From NCBI GenBank assembly GCA_964526385.1, contig CAZGJD010000004.1:10010-74009 (forward strand): 64,000 bases of DNA. The letters are read 5' to 3'. This document shows, piece after piece, positions 7,217-19,711 of this stretch. Below the pieces are notes generated by a model. That model was not told where the DNA came from. It saw only the letters and a list, made by a program, of their open reading frames with translations, and made no database searches. The first letter of the stretch is position 1. Every line of letters starts with the position of its first letter. A program made the translations under genes and the position numbers. The stretch comes from an uncultured Candidatus Poseidoniales archaeon. Its GTDB lineage: Archaea > Thermoplasmatota > Poseidoniia > Poseidoniales > Poseidoniaceae.

Positions 7217-8470
7217 ATGGGCGAGGCTACTGCACGCTACACAAACGCAGTACTTATCGATGATGAGCAGCGCACACATCTCGGTGATTTCCTAATTCAT
7301 GCAGACGGTACCTGGACCCAATCAAACGGAGATGAAGATGTTGTTCACAACATTGACGGGACGAAGAAATTGATTACTCGTTCTTTCCAGAATTGGCATA
7401 CTCACTTGCCTATGCAGTTGAATGCCCGTGATTTTTCTGATGGCTTGCCATTGGATGAATGGCTCGAGAAATCCATTTTTCCAACCGAGATGAATCTAAC
7501 AAAAGAATACGCACGAATAGGTGCTCTAGCTTCTGCGTTAGAGATGATCAAAACCGGTTCAACGTTTGCTTGTGACATGTATCATTTCCCTGAAGCGATT
7601 GTTGATGCGTTAAATGAGGCTGGACTTAGAGGGGTGGTATGTGGCCCACAAACTCTTTGGCCACCACAGGAAAATGGTGATGATGGTAGTGTCAGGAGAC
7701 TATTGGATAAACAATTAGCTTCTAACAGGCCTGAAAATAAAGTCCAGTATGGTGTTGCAACGCATGCTGTTTACACTTGCGACAAGGAAACACTTCTTGG
7801 TGGAAAAGAATTAGCTGAAAGGCATGATGCTCACCTTCACGTACATATCTCTGAAACAAGAAAAGAAGTTGCAGGGTGCCATGAAAAAACCGGCATGTAT
7901 CCAGTAGAATACCTCGACAGTCTAGATTACTTCATTCCTGACAAAACAATCTGCGCTCATGGTTCATGGGTAAAGAAATCAGAAATGAGAACAATGGCCT
8001 CAAGAGGTGCGACTTTAGTTCACTGCCCTTCCTCAAACATGAAACTAGCATGCGGAGGAACTGCTTCCATACCTGCATACAGAGATGCTGGAGTCAATAT
8101 CAGACTAGGAACTGACGGGCCTGCTTCAAGCGGTTCTGGACTCGATATGGCTCATGAAGCAAGAATGGCTTGTCTTGTACAGAGGCACGACCACTGGGAC
8201 GCTTCAGCAATGCTTGCAAAAGAAGCATTCGCAATTGCTACCACGGGTAGCCAAGATTGGGCCGTTTGGGACCTGAATGACATCAAGATGTCACCATATG
8301 GCAAAGATAACGAAAGGCACATCTCTAATCTAATTTACAACGGTGCAAAATGTCTGGACCTTTGGGTAGAAGGAGAGGCTTTGATGAAGGATTGTAAGGT
8401 CAATTCTATCGATGAAAGCAAACTTCTGACTGATTTCAATACGGCAGTGGATAATTACTATTCGTTTTAA
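7217..8470 (+). CDS. mtaD: amidohydrolase; 5-methylthioadenosine/S-adenosylhomocysteine (or 5'-deoxyadenosine) deaminase type
   Basis: Metal-ligand pattern NWHTHLPM, HVHISETRKEV, VHCPSSNMKLA and GTDGPASSG. Length (417 aa) and motif spacing match MtaD/DadD-type deaminases. Confidence 0.75.
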   Translation: MGEATARYTNAVLIDDEQRTHLGDFLIHADGTWTQSNGDEDVVHNIDGTKKLITRSFQNWHTHLPMQLNARDFSDGLPLDEWLEKSIFPTEMNLTKEYARIGALASALEMIKTGSTFACDMYHFPEAIVDALNEAGLRGVVCGPQTLWPPQENGDDGSVRRLLDKQLASNRPENKVQYGVATHAVYTCDKETLLGGKELAERHDAHLHVHISETRKEVAGCHEKTGMYPVEYLDSLDYFIPDKTICAHGSWVKKSEMRTMASRGATLVHCPSSNMKLACGGTASIPAYRDAGVNIRLGTDGPASSGSGLDMAHEARMACLVQRHDHWDASAMLAKEAFAIATTGSQDWAVWDLNDIKMSPYGKDNERHISNLIYNGAKCLDLWVEGEALMKDCKVNSIDESKLLTDFNTAVDNYYSF

Positions 8471-8484
8471 TTATTATATCCAAA

Positions 8485-9264
8485 TCAGTATCGTTTATTG
8501 AGGTCGTAACTTTGGTAAGAGAAATTTTGATTTTCTTCTAATGACGCCTGAGTAAGAATATCTGGCGCAATATATCTACCTCTACCGTATGCATCATTGT
8601 CGATTTGTTGCTGGTAATTATGCTTTGAAACTGCAGATTGCATTTCTTCTTGAAACTTCTTTTCTTGAATATCTTTCATCATCTTTCTCTGTATTAAGAA
8701 TGAATTCAAGAACAAAGCGAGTCCAATTAATTGAACATTCACATCAGTCAAAACGATATCTGAAGGTATTTGACCATTCATGATGAAATATCCATAAATT
8801 ACAAACAGTGTTCCAAGGGCTGCTGAACCAAATAAATACAGATTTTTTCTCATATATCGGTTGATCAAGAAAGAAATCCCAACCAAGATTCCGCCCATTA
8901 TTTCAGTTCCAGAATCATATCCGTTAGCTTCCAAGACAGATATTATGAAGAGCATAGTTTGAAGGGAAATATATGCAGTAACTGCAAGAGATAGAAGATT
9001 TACTGCTGTGAACATCAATAATCCAATTCCAAGTGTTATTACAATCGTCACATCTCCCTGAGGATATGGTATCATTTCACCAATTTCACTGTAAATTATT
9101 GCGCTTGATAAATGACCAATTGCACACCCAGTTAAGAACGAAAGAATCTTGATTCTTTTTGCACCTTTTAACATTAGGTAAGCACCTAAAATTATCAAAA
9201 TTACTCCAAAGGTAGGACCGCCCCAGGAGTCAATTTGTGCCCATATTTCAGCAGATAATCCCAT
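8485..9264 (-). CDS. polytopic membrane protein, unknown function
   Basis: 259 aa with about 7 hydrophobic segments and a polar Q/N/Y-rich C-terminal tail. Confidence 0.6.
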   Translation of the reverse strand: MGLSAEIWAQIDSWGGPTFGVILIILGAYLMLKGAKRIKILSFLTGCAIGHLSSAIIYSEIGEMIPYPQGDVTIVITLGIGLLMFTAVNLLSLAVTAYISLQTMLFIISVLEANGYDSGTEIMGGILVGISFLINRYMRKNLYLFGSAALGTLFVIYGYFIMNGQIPSDIVLTDVNVQLIGLALFLNSFLIQRKMMKDIQEKKFQEEMQSAVSKHNYQQQIDNDAYGRGRYIAPDILTQASLEENQNFSYQSYDLNKRY

Positions 9265-9280
9265 GCCAAATTCCTCAAAG

Positions 9281-10405
9281 TTACATCATCCAGAAACTCA
9301 TGGCTAAAATGATGTAACATGCTAACAACATTATACCCTCTAACCAATTTGATTTTCCATCATTCAGGATGAAATTAACAACCAGAACTGACATGAAGGT
9401 AGCCACAGTTTCCAAAGGTCCGAATTCAAGTGATAGATTCACTCCCATCAACCAAGCAAAAATTACCATCAATGGGGCTACAAAAACCGCTATCTGTACA
9501 CTTGAACCAATTGCAATAGCGAGAGATAAGTCCATTTTGTTTTTACCCGCTACAATAACTGCGGTGAAGTGTTCGGCTGCATTTCCAAAGAATGGGAGTA
9601 AGATAACTCCTATGAAAAGAGCAGGCAAATTCCACTCATTTGCGGCCGAATCGATTGAGTGAACGAGAATTTCAGCCATCCACCCTACCAAAACCGTCGC
9701 TAAAATGAGTAATGTCCAAGCATCCTTAGAGGTCATCTTAGGTTCTTCATGCTCAATTTTCTCGTCGGAATCAAAAATTTCAGAATGCGTCTTTAATTGG
9801 AACAATAGTGCTAATGCATAAATTACCAACAAGACTAATGAAGCATATCTAGATAATCGGACAATACTTTCAAATCCTCCTCCGCCAAGATTTACCGCAG
9901 CTGGGATGAGCATAGCAAGGACCGCAATAAGTAACATCGAACCACTTGAATCCAATGCTGATTGGTTGAAACTCTGGTTCTTGTGATTAATCCCCCCCCA
10001 TAAAACTGCTAATCCCAAAACAAGTAACATATTCCCGAGAATACTCCCCACAAGGCTTGCCTGAACGACGGTTATCATCGTTTCAGCTTGGTCAGCGTGT
10101 GTAGCTGCCGTGTAAATTGCTAAACCAGCAATTATGATTTCAACAGCATTACCAAATGTGGCATTAAGAAGACCACCAAGAGATTGACTAGTACGTAGCG
10201 AAATTTCCTCAGTAGCATGACCCATCAACAATGCTAACGGCATGATAGCAACCATAGAAAATAGAAAACTGAATGCGGGATCGTGTGCGATTATAGAAAA
10301 ATATGCCGTTATCGGAACTGCAACAAGTAACCAGTTCAACTTATTTTCAGCAGGACTGAATGCCTGAAGTACGCTAATTTCTGAAGATGTATGTTCTTCA
10401 GACAC
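9281..10405 (-). CDS. Ca2+/H+ antiporter (CaCA/CAX family)
   Basis: Two alpha-repeat signatures, GNAVEIIIAG and GNAAEHFTAV, sit in the two halves of an 11-TM-like protein separated by an acidic loop (DSDEKIEHEEPK). Confidence 0.85.
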   Translation of the reverse strand: MSEEHTSSEISVLQAFSPAENKLNWLLVAVPITAYFSIIAHDPAFSFLFSMVAIMPLALLMGHATEEISLRTSQSLGGLLNATFGNAVEIIIAGLAIYTAATHADQAETMITVVQASLVGSILGNMLLVLGLAVLWGGINHKNQSFNQSALDSSGSMLLIAVLAMLIPAAVNLGGGGFESIVRLSRYASLVLLVIYALALLFQLKTHSEIFDSDEKIEHEEPKMTSKDAWTLLILATVLVGWMAEILVHSIDSAANEWNLPALFIGVILLPFFGNAAEHFTAVIVAGKNKMDLSLAIAIGSSVQIAVFVAPLMVIFAWLMGVNLSLEFGPLETVATFMSVLVVNFILNDGKSNWLEGIMLLACYIILAMSFWMM

Positions 10406-10409
10406 AAAA

Positions 10410-13634
<3,225 letters not shown>

Positions 13635-13707
13635 GATTTGGTTATGAGGATACCGCCGAAGGCGGTACAAAATGTGCGTAATTTGCGTGTGTTCTGTAGT
13701 TTTCAAA

Positions 13708-14424
13708 TTAAGCTTCATCGTCATTATTATTATCTGTTGAAGTAGATATAGGCTCCGATTTATCAAGTCGCTGAATTTCTGCTCTTGCTTTAATGAATCT
13801 TACAATAAAGGTGTATGCTCCACCTAGTCCAGATATGGCGATAATTATCGATATTGGATTTATTTCAATATCGTTCCAAGTGCCAAACGAATCTTCACCA
13901 ATGTAAGCCATGACTGCACAGGAAATTAAAGCGATGAACGTCAAAACCATCCTGTCGGCTCTACTGAAGCCACCATAATTTCTGGCCCCTGAAACCGCCT
14001 GTGCTTGTGTGCCCAAATAGGAGCCAAACATTGTCAACATCGCTGCAAGCCAGGCTAGTTCTACATGCCCAAACCAATACATATTGTATCCAAGAGCAAG
14101 AATCCAGACAACATCGAGGACCCTGTCAAGCGTATGATCAAGATAATCACCCCATCGAGTGACCTTTCCTGTAGCTCTTGCTAAATTTCCATCCAATCCA
14201 TCGAGAGCCATTGCCATTGCCATCAAGAAAGCTGCACCTAAAAACATCAATGCACCATCTGTTCCTGCTTCTGCACTCATCATCATGTAGGCTGAAAGTA
14301 ATCCTGTTGGAAGGGTTAGCCAAGTCAAAACAGCAGGTTCAACACCGTGTAATTTAGTTACCAAAGGATCGCTCATTTTCTTGAACATGTTGCGTCCTTT
14401 TTCTAAGGCCATGATATACTCCAA
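13708..14424 (-). CDS. CDP-alcohol phosphatidyltransferase family protein (archaetidylserine/-inositol-phosphate synthase type)
   Basis: Signature DGLDGNLARATGKVTRWGDYLDHTLDRVLD (D-G-x2-A-R-x8-G-x3-D-x3-D) in a multi-TM protein. Confidence 0.85.
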   Translation of the reverse strand: MEYIMALEKGRNMFKKMSDPLVTKLHGVEPAVLTWLTLPTGLLSAYMMMSAEAGTDGALMFLGAAFLMAMAMALDGLDGNLARATGKVTRWGDYLDHTLDRVLDVVWILALGYNMYWFGHVELAWLAAMLTMFGSYLGTQAQAVSGARNYGGFSRADRMVLTFIALISCAVMAYIGEDSFGTWNDIEINPISIIIAISGLGGAYTFIVRFIKARAEIQRLDKSEPISTSTDNNNDDEA

Positions 14425-14442
14425 ACCAAGACGCCTTTTGTA

Positions 14443-14931
14443 TTATATCTTAGAAATCCAGTCGATGGCATCAGATGGGCCAGTAAAATTTGGGCAACCG
14501 GAGTTTATCCAATCAACTATGTTTTCAGGATCTTCGATTTTGGGACGATTATCATCCAATAGATCTGGCCATACACCTCCAAGTAATTCAAATTCAACAT
14601 TTTGTTCGACCTTACTTTTTGGATATTTCCTGGTAGTCAATCTCTTTCTCAGAATTTCTGGCTCACAGCGCAGAATAATAATTGCGTCAACTGGTAAGAG
14701 GTGGGATAGATGGCCATCAATCAAGGTAATATCTTCTGGTTTGACCCATTGTTTCGACAATTTTTCTGTATCAATTGGAGCGGAGCCGTCCGATTCAACC
14801 GGGCCTATACAGCCATACTTTAACGCTAAATCATGAACCGTAAGGACAGGATACGGTGATTTTGAACATAATGTAGTCTTGCCACAACCAGGCGTACCAG
14901 TTACGGCAATCGTTTTTATTTCAGGCTCCAT
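14443..14931 (-). CDS. Fap7/AK6-like nucleoside-triphosphatase (putative adenylate kinase)
   Basis: N-terminal P-loop IAVTGTPGCGKTTL; its 162-aa size is typical of archaeal AK6/Fap7. Confidence 0.7.
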   Translation of the reverse strand: MEPEIKTIAVTGTPGCGKTTLCSKSPYPVLTVHDLALKYGCIGPVESDGSAPIDTEKLSKQWVKPEDITLIDGHLSHLLPVDAIIILRCEPEILRKRLTTRKYPKSKVEQNVEFELLGGVWPDLLDDNRPKIEDPENIVDWINSGCPNFTGPSDAIDWISKI

Positions 14932-15033
14932 TCGTAATTCGCTAAATCGTATCCAAATTTAACACATTTCGTATTTTTCTAGTTTTGTTCATTCAACCGA
15001 TGATGTGAAAAGCGACTACTCTCAGGTTGGAAC

Positions 15034-15723
15034 ATGTTCGGAACGACTAATCCAGAACAAGCGATTAGTCAATTGGAAGCATATCATAGAGAAGGTCGCT
15101 CTGAGAGGGCCGAAGTAATGGCATCAGCTTTAGTTGACCAGTTAATGGCTCAAAAACCAAGAGATGAGACAACACAAGATTTCCTTGTTAGAGGTCTTCG
15201 AATACTCGCTGCAGTTCTTAATAGTAGAGCAAAATACAAGCGGGCAAGGACAACAATCGCAATTCTACACAAGCAAAGGAATATCCTTGGGAAATCAGTT
15301 GGTCATGATTTTATAACCGCTGCCGCAGATTATCATTTGGCTGGATTTATTCATTCTAATGCTGGTAAAAAGAGAGCGGCTGCAAAAGCATTTGCAAAAT
15401 GTGAGAAATTGCAACCCGGACATATCGCGGCCGCCTTAGATTTGGCTGAGCAGTGTGGTAATAAGAAAACCTTAGCTAAACTAGTTCCAATAGCAGGTCC
15501 CGTAATTAGTAAAAATGGAACTTTTGTTTTAGAGATTGAATCTAGACCTCCTGCAGACGCAAAAAGAATCGGGCAGATCCTCGGTGGGGACATCCAATCG
15601 GATATAGAATCTCAAATATCCGCAATAATTTCAGGTGAGCAGGCTGCTAATGCGAGATTACAGGCTGCTGTTGACTCATTGGTGCCGGCACACGACTATC
15701 ACGAATACAGTTCAAGCAACTGA
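15034..15723 (+). CDS. hypothetical helical (TPR-like) protein
   Basis: 229 aa, Ala/Leu-rich helical repeats, no catalytic motif. Confidence 0.5.
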   Translation: MFGTTNPEQAISQLEAYHREGRSERAEVMASALVDQLMAQKPRDETTQDFLVRGLRILAAVLNSRAKYKRARTTIAILHKQRNILGKSVGHDFITAAADYHLAGFIHSNAGKKRAAAKAFAKCEKLQPGHIAAALDLAEQCGNKKTLAKLVPIAGPVISKNGTFVLEIESRPPADAKRIGQILGGDIQSDIESQISAIISGEQAANARLQAAVDSLVPAHDYHEYSSSN

Positions 15724-15726
15724 TGT

Positions 15727-15804
15727 TGGTAGCGGGAGATGGATTTGAACCATCGATCTACGGGTTATGAGCCCGTCGGTCGAACCATGCTAACCTATCC
15801 CGCT
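15727..15804 (-). tRNA. tRNA-Met (CAT), archaeal initiator type, with genomically encoded CCA
   Basis: The reverse complement folds as a clean cloverleaf: acceptor AGCGGGA/TCCCGCT, D arm GGTT..GACC, anticodon arm ACGGG-CTCATAA-CCCGT, T arm GATGG-TTCAAAT-CCATC, discriminator A plus CCA. The A1:U72 pair and three G:C pairs closing the anticodon stem are initiator hallmarks. Confidence 0.85.
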
Positions 15805-15827
15805 ATGTGTCTCCCTGCGAGGGTCCC

Positions 15828-15838
15828 TATTTTTGAAA
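15828..15838 (-). promoter_or_regulatory. candidate TATA box for the tRNA-Met gene
   Basis: On the minus strand, TTTCAAAAATA is centred about 28 nt upstream of tRNA position +1. This matches archaeal TATA-to-TSS spacing. Confidence 0.35.
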
Positions 15839-15903
15839 CCACCGACTTAATCAATCGAAAATAAACGGGAAGTTTTTGGGTAGGAGCACTATAGGAGTAA
15901 CCG

Positions 15904-16698
15904 ATGAAGTCCCACTTGCAACTCATAGTTGTCGCGTTGAGCCTGCTCTCGGCCGGATTATCTGGCTGTATTGGGGGGGATGACGATATGGGAGGGGAAT
16001 ATACTGGACCTATTGACTTGATTGTTTACTATGAGGCTACATCTGGCATGATTGAGACATCTTTCAACAACGGACAGGCAGGTCCTGCCACCGGAGTGAC
16101 GATCGAGTTTGACTATGCGGATACAACCTCAGAGGTCGCACCCATCACGAAGATTATACTAGACCCTGACGATGGTAGCACTCCCATTGAAGCAGACCCC
16201 TCAGATAATGCAGTAATTTCCTACACCTGGCTAACACACGGAATTTTTGATGTGAAGATGAGTGTTGAGGACGAGAAAGGAAATACTCATTCAACTACTG
16301 TAGATATTAGGGTAGACCTGCACATAGTTTGGACAGATACGAACACTGGTTCGGCTTCAATGACATTTGATGCTACTCCTGATTGTGAGGATGGCCTGCC
16401 TTTGCCTGACCGAATTACAATTTCATCCACGGTTGAAAATCAAGGAGGTTTATTCGGAGGTAATTCAGAAGTTGAATGGGAATTATTGAACCCTGATGGA
16501 ACACAAATCGCAACTAATGCAGGAACAATTCCAAATGGTGGTGAAGAAACCTGGGATTACACTACACGCGACATCGTATCTGGAGATTGGGGATTGAATG
16601 TAGAAGTTACCGATGGAGATAATGTGAATGTCGAAAACGATGTGACTATAGCCTATCAAGAAGGGCTCGAAGGGCCAACTAACCCTAGGCCACAGTGA
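15904..16698 (+). CDS. secreted lipoprotein-like protein with Ig/PKD-like beta domains
   Basis: Signal peptide ending in the lipobox-like LSAGLSGC. The protein is acidic, Thr/Asp/Gly-rich and beta-rich. Confidence 0.6.
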   Translation: MKSHLQLIVVALSLLSAGLSGCIGGDDDMGGEYTGPIDLIVYYEATSGMIETSFNNGQAGPATGVTIEFDYADTTSEVAPITKIILDPDDGSTPIEADPSDNAVISYTWLTHGIFDVKMSVEDEKGNTHSTTVDIRVDLHIVWTDTNTGSASMTFDATPDCEDGLPLPDRITISSTVENQGGLFGGNSEVEWELLNPDGTQIATNAGTIPNGGEETWDYTTRDIVSGDWGLNVEVTDGDNVNVENDVTIAYQEGLEGPTNPRPQ

Positions 16699-16797
16699 AA
16701 GTAAAGTGAAAGTGAAAGAAATCTGTTCAGCAACTCGTTTACAAGACTTTATTACGGCTTGACTACTTTCATATAATTGTGAAGAGACCTTCTTCTC

Positions 16798-16806
16798 TTA
16801 ATATAT
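16798..16806 (+). promoter_or_regulatory. candidate TATA box for radA (would imply a leaderless or near-leaderless mRNA)
   Basis: TTAATATAT is centred about 26 nt upstream of the radA ATG (16828). Confidence 0.3.
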
Positions 16807-16827
16807 GGAAGCACATTCGAAGGAATC

Positions 16828-17850
16828 ATGGCAGGAAAGTCAAAGACAACCAAACAGAAAAAAGAAGAAGTGCCTGAAGTAGAGGTTATATCAATGGAGG
16901 AAGAATTAGAGCCTGAGGTCAAAATCGAAGATCTACCAGGTGTAGGTCCGGCAACAGCTGAAAAACTACGTGAAGCGGGTTTTGACGAGATGTTAGCCCT
17001 CGCAGTAATGAGCCCCCCAGACCTTGCTGAACAAGCGGAATTAGGAGAAGCTGTCGCAGGTAAAATTATCCAAGCAGCTAAGAAAATGGCAAACATTGGA
17101 GGATTCGTTTCAGGTTCAGCCCTTCTGGAAAGAAGAAGAGAAGTAATGAAATTATCAAGTATGGTGCAATCAATCGATGATTTATTGGCAGGAGGATTTG
17201 AAACACAATCCTTGGTAGAAGTATACGGTGAATTCGGCTCTGGAAAGACACAAATCGGACACCAGTTAGCTGTAAATTGTACAATGCCAATCGAACAAGG
17301 CGGACTGGACGGAGATGTATTTTACATCGATACTGAAGATACTTTCAGACCAGAACGAATTACACAAATGGCAAGGGGGCATGGATTAGATCCTGAAGCC
17401 GTGCTAGAAAGGATTCACGTAGCAAGAGCGTACAACTCTGCACACCAAATGCTACTCGCTGAAGAAATCAAGAGAATGAGCAGAGGAATTAATGTCAAAA
17501 TGATTATTGTCGACTCTTTAACAAGTCACTTCAGAGCAGAATTTGTAGGACGTGGAATGTTAGCAAACAGGCAACAAAAACTCAACAGACACTTGAAAGA
17601 TCTGAAGCAACTCGCGGACGTGAACAATGCTTTAGTTTTGGTTACCAATCAAGTAATGAGCAAGCCAGATGCACTATGGGGAGACCCTACAAAGCCCATT
17701 GGTGGCCACGTTCTAGCACACGCATCGACATTCAGATTATACCTTAGAAAGGCTAAGGGTGGAAGAAGAATTGCAAGACTAGTTGACTCTCCAAATCTAC
17801 CAGATGGAGAATGTGTTTACCAAGTCTGTGAAGATGGTCTTCGAGATTGA
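16828..17850 (+). CDS. radA: DNA repair and recombination protein RadA
   Basis: N-terminal HhH ([17 protein letters not shown]), Walker [10 protein letters not shown], Walker B IIVDSL, and full-length RadA/Rad51 pattern. Confidence 0.95.
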   Translation: MAGKSKTTKQKKEEVPEVEVISMEEELEPEVKIEDLPGVGPATAEKLREAGFDEMLALAVMSPPDLAEQAELGEAVAGKIIQAAKKMANIGGFVSGSALLERRREVMKLSSMVQSIDDLLAGGFETQSLVEVYGEFGSGKTQIGHQLAVNCTMPIEQGGLDGDVFYIDTEDTFRPERITQMARGHGLDPEAVLERIHVARAYNSAHQMLLAEEIKRMSRGINVKMIIVDSLTSHFRAEFVGRGMLANRQQKLNRHLKDLKQLADVNNALVLVTNQVMSKPDALWGDPTKPIGGHVLAHASTFRLYLRKAKGGRRIARLVDSPNLPDGECVYQVCEDGLRD

Positions 17851-17928
17851 TAATTTGGTGACGTAATCGCTATGTCAGGGCTCTAAGTTATCGGCACCTT
17901 CAAATTAGGTGTAATCGGAATTAGGCCT

Positions 17929-19062
17929 ATGCGACACCTCATTGAGCGTGTATTGGAGCTTGCCGAAGAGGAAGATGGACCAGTAATTCGCCCATCTAGC
18001 GTAGAAGAGATGGAATCGAACGATGCTGAATTGAGGAAACTGCTGGAATCATTACAGCCAAGGATACGCGTATATGGAGTAGGTGGAGCGGGCTGTAACG
18101 CAGTTAGTCGTTTACACGAAGAAGGCTTGTTTGAAAACAAATATGTCACTGGACACGCAATAAACACAGATGCCCAAGCACTTTTGATGAGCCCACTGGA
18201 AAATAAAGTCCTCATTGGAAGAACTGCTCGGGGAAGAGGAGCTGGCGGAGATCCCACAAAGGGAGAAACTGCTGCCTTGGAAAGTGAAAACAATCTAAAA
18301 AAGATTACACAAGATACTCAGTTAGCAATCATTACAGCGGGAATGGGTGGTGGTTCAGGAACTGGCGCAGCTGGTCACATTGCAAGGCTGGCGAAGGAGC
18401 AGGGAGCTTTGACGCTCGCAGTTGTGACATATCCATTTAATTCTGAAGGTTCATTAAGAAAGCAAAATGCTGAATGGGGACTTGAAAGATTGAGAGAATA
18501 TTGCGACACAATATTAGTAATTCCAAACGAACGCTTGTTAGAAATTGAGGGCGTTAGAGACCTACCCATAGCAAGTGCTTTCAGAGTTGGTGACGAATTA
18601 CTCGTAAGAGCGATAAGTGGTGTAACCGAACTATTGACAACTGATGGAATGGTTAACCTTGACTTTGAGGACTTGAAGGCTGTAATCCATTCAGGTTCGG
18701 GTGTTGCAATGATTGGGCTTGGTGCTGCAAGTGGTCCTGGCAGAGCTGAAGCCGCTACGTTAGAAGCGCTTCATTCACCTTTGTTGGAGCTTGATATCTC
18801 AGATGCTCGTGGCGCTTTGATTAATGTTGTTGGTGGGCAATCGCTTACGCTTGGAGAAGCTGAAAGATGTGCACAATTAATTCAGGAAAGGGTGTCTGAT
18901 AACGCTCGAATAATTTGGGGAGCGGCAGTCGATGAATCTCTCGGAGAAGACATTCGTGTCATGTTAGTGCTAACTGGAGTCAGATCTAACCAGATTCATG
19001 GAGCTAGTGAAAACAGACAGCTACGTGCTCTAAAGTCAAGAAATATTGAATTCGTAAATTGA
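17929..19062 (+). CDS. ftsZ: cell division protein FtsZ
   Basis: Tubulin signature AGMGGGSGTGAAG, GVGGAGCNAV, and the NTDAQAL motif. Confidence 0.95.
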   Translation: MRHLIERVLELAEEEDGPVIRPSSVEEMESNDAELRKLLESLQPRIRVYGVGGAGCNAVSRLHEEGLFENKYVTGHAINTDAQALLMSPLENKVLIGRTARGRGAGGDPTKGETAALESENNLKKITQDTQLAIITAGMGGGSGTGAAGHIARLAKEQGALTLAVVTYPFNSEGSLRKQNAEWGLERLREYCDTILVIPNERLLEIEGVRDLPIASAFRVGDELLVRAISGVTELLTTDGMVNLDFEDLKAVIHSGSGVAMIGLGAASGPGRAEAATLEALHSPLLELDISDARGALINVVGGQSLTLGEAERCAQLIQERVSDNARIIWGAAVDESLGEDIRVMLVLTGVRSNQIHGASENRQLRALKSRNIEFVN

Positions 19063-19686
19063 TTAGTCCTTTGATACAAAATAAATTATCACAATAAGGC
19101 TGAAAAGTCCAAGACCGCTAATGATGTAAAATGTATCTTTATTGTGATACTTTTCGTCAGAACCAATTACAGGTGATTCAACTTCTCCTGTAAAATTTAT
19201 TCCCTTGACAACTAAACTGTTTGAATTCCATTCATCTCCAGAACTTTCACCGTTACCGTTTACTGCGTTTCCGTGAATGATAAAAGAGGAATAAATAGAA
19301 TCGTCGGAAGGAGCAATCCAGGTAGCATTCCATGTTCTTTGAGAATTAATGGACACATTGTGAGTATATCCTCCTTCGATAAATTGCCACCCATCACCAA
19401 TAATTTCACCCTTTGATACAATTACCCTAAAACCTCCTTTAGCGTCATTCATGTTCTGACTTTCTTGGATTGGGCTTTCTATTTTCAGTGTGAAATTGTA
19501 ACTCTGCGATGAATTATACATCTCAGGTAGACCTGTTATACTGACTGTGGTTGTATCATCAATCCCACCGTGACATACACAACCATCATCTCCCCTGTCA
19601 TCAATTCCAGTTGGAAGACTGTTTACTGGGGTGACGAATACTAAACAAATTAGAAAAACAGTCACCCTTGTCATATTTACTGCCAA
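19063..19686 (-). CDS. secreted, C-terminally membrane-anchored protein of unknown function
   Basis: N-terminal signal peptide, beta-rich ectodomain with DDGCVCHGG near the N-terminus, and a C-terminal TM (FYIISGLGLFSLIVIIYFV). Confidence 0.55.
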   Translation of the reverse strand: MAVNMTRVTVFLICLVFVTPVNSLPTGIDDRGDDGCVCHGGIDDTTTVSITGLPEMYNSSQSYNFTLKIESPIQESQNMNDAKGGFRVIVSKGEIIGDGWQFIEGGYTHNVSINSQRTWNATWIAPSDDSIYSSFIIHGNAVNGNGESSGDEWNSNSLVVKGINFTGEVESPVIGSDEKYHNKDTFYIISGLGLFSLIVIIYFVSKD

Positions 19687-19711
19687 GAGGTTTAATGGTT
19701 CAATCTTTTCA

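Noticed and set aside
7217-8470. The amidohydrolase/deaminase gene lies only 36 nt downstream of the cassette. It could be an eighth member, by analogy to the ATPase + adenosine-deaminase RADAR system.
   Set aside because: Its size and motif set (HTH, HVHISET, GTDG) are those of ordinary MtaD/DadD salvage deaminases, not the large divergent RdrB type. It is not start/stop-coupled to the cassette. I treat it as housekeeping unless synteny analysis says otherwise.
14999-15033. ATGATGT (C-box-like) in the divergent intergenic region, and TTGATGA at about 38732; considered as C/D-box sRNA genes.
   Set aside because: There is no CTGA D box or D'/C' pair at the required spacing, so no support for an sRNA.
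15724-15903. The tRNA-Met locus as an attachment site for an integrated element.
   Set aside because: I saw no integrase, no duplicated tRNA 3' segment, and no compositional break around it. The flanking genes (radA, ftsZ, Fap7-like) are core genes.
16694-16720. Short tandem AGTGAA-type hexamer repeat (agtgaaagtaaagtgaaagtgaaag) overlapping and just past the lipoprotein gene's stop codon; considered as a mini-CRISPR or regulatory array.
   Set aside because: There are only about four imperfect 5-6-nt units, with no spacers and no repeat-spacer periodicity. It is most likely a chance purine-rich tract. No CRISPR-like array exists anywhere in the window.
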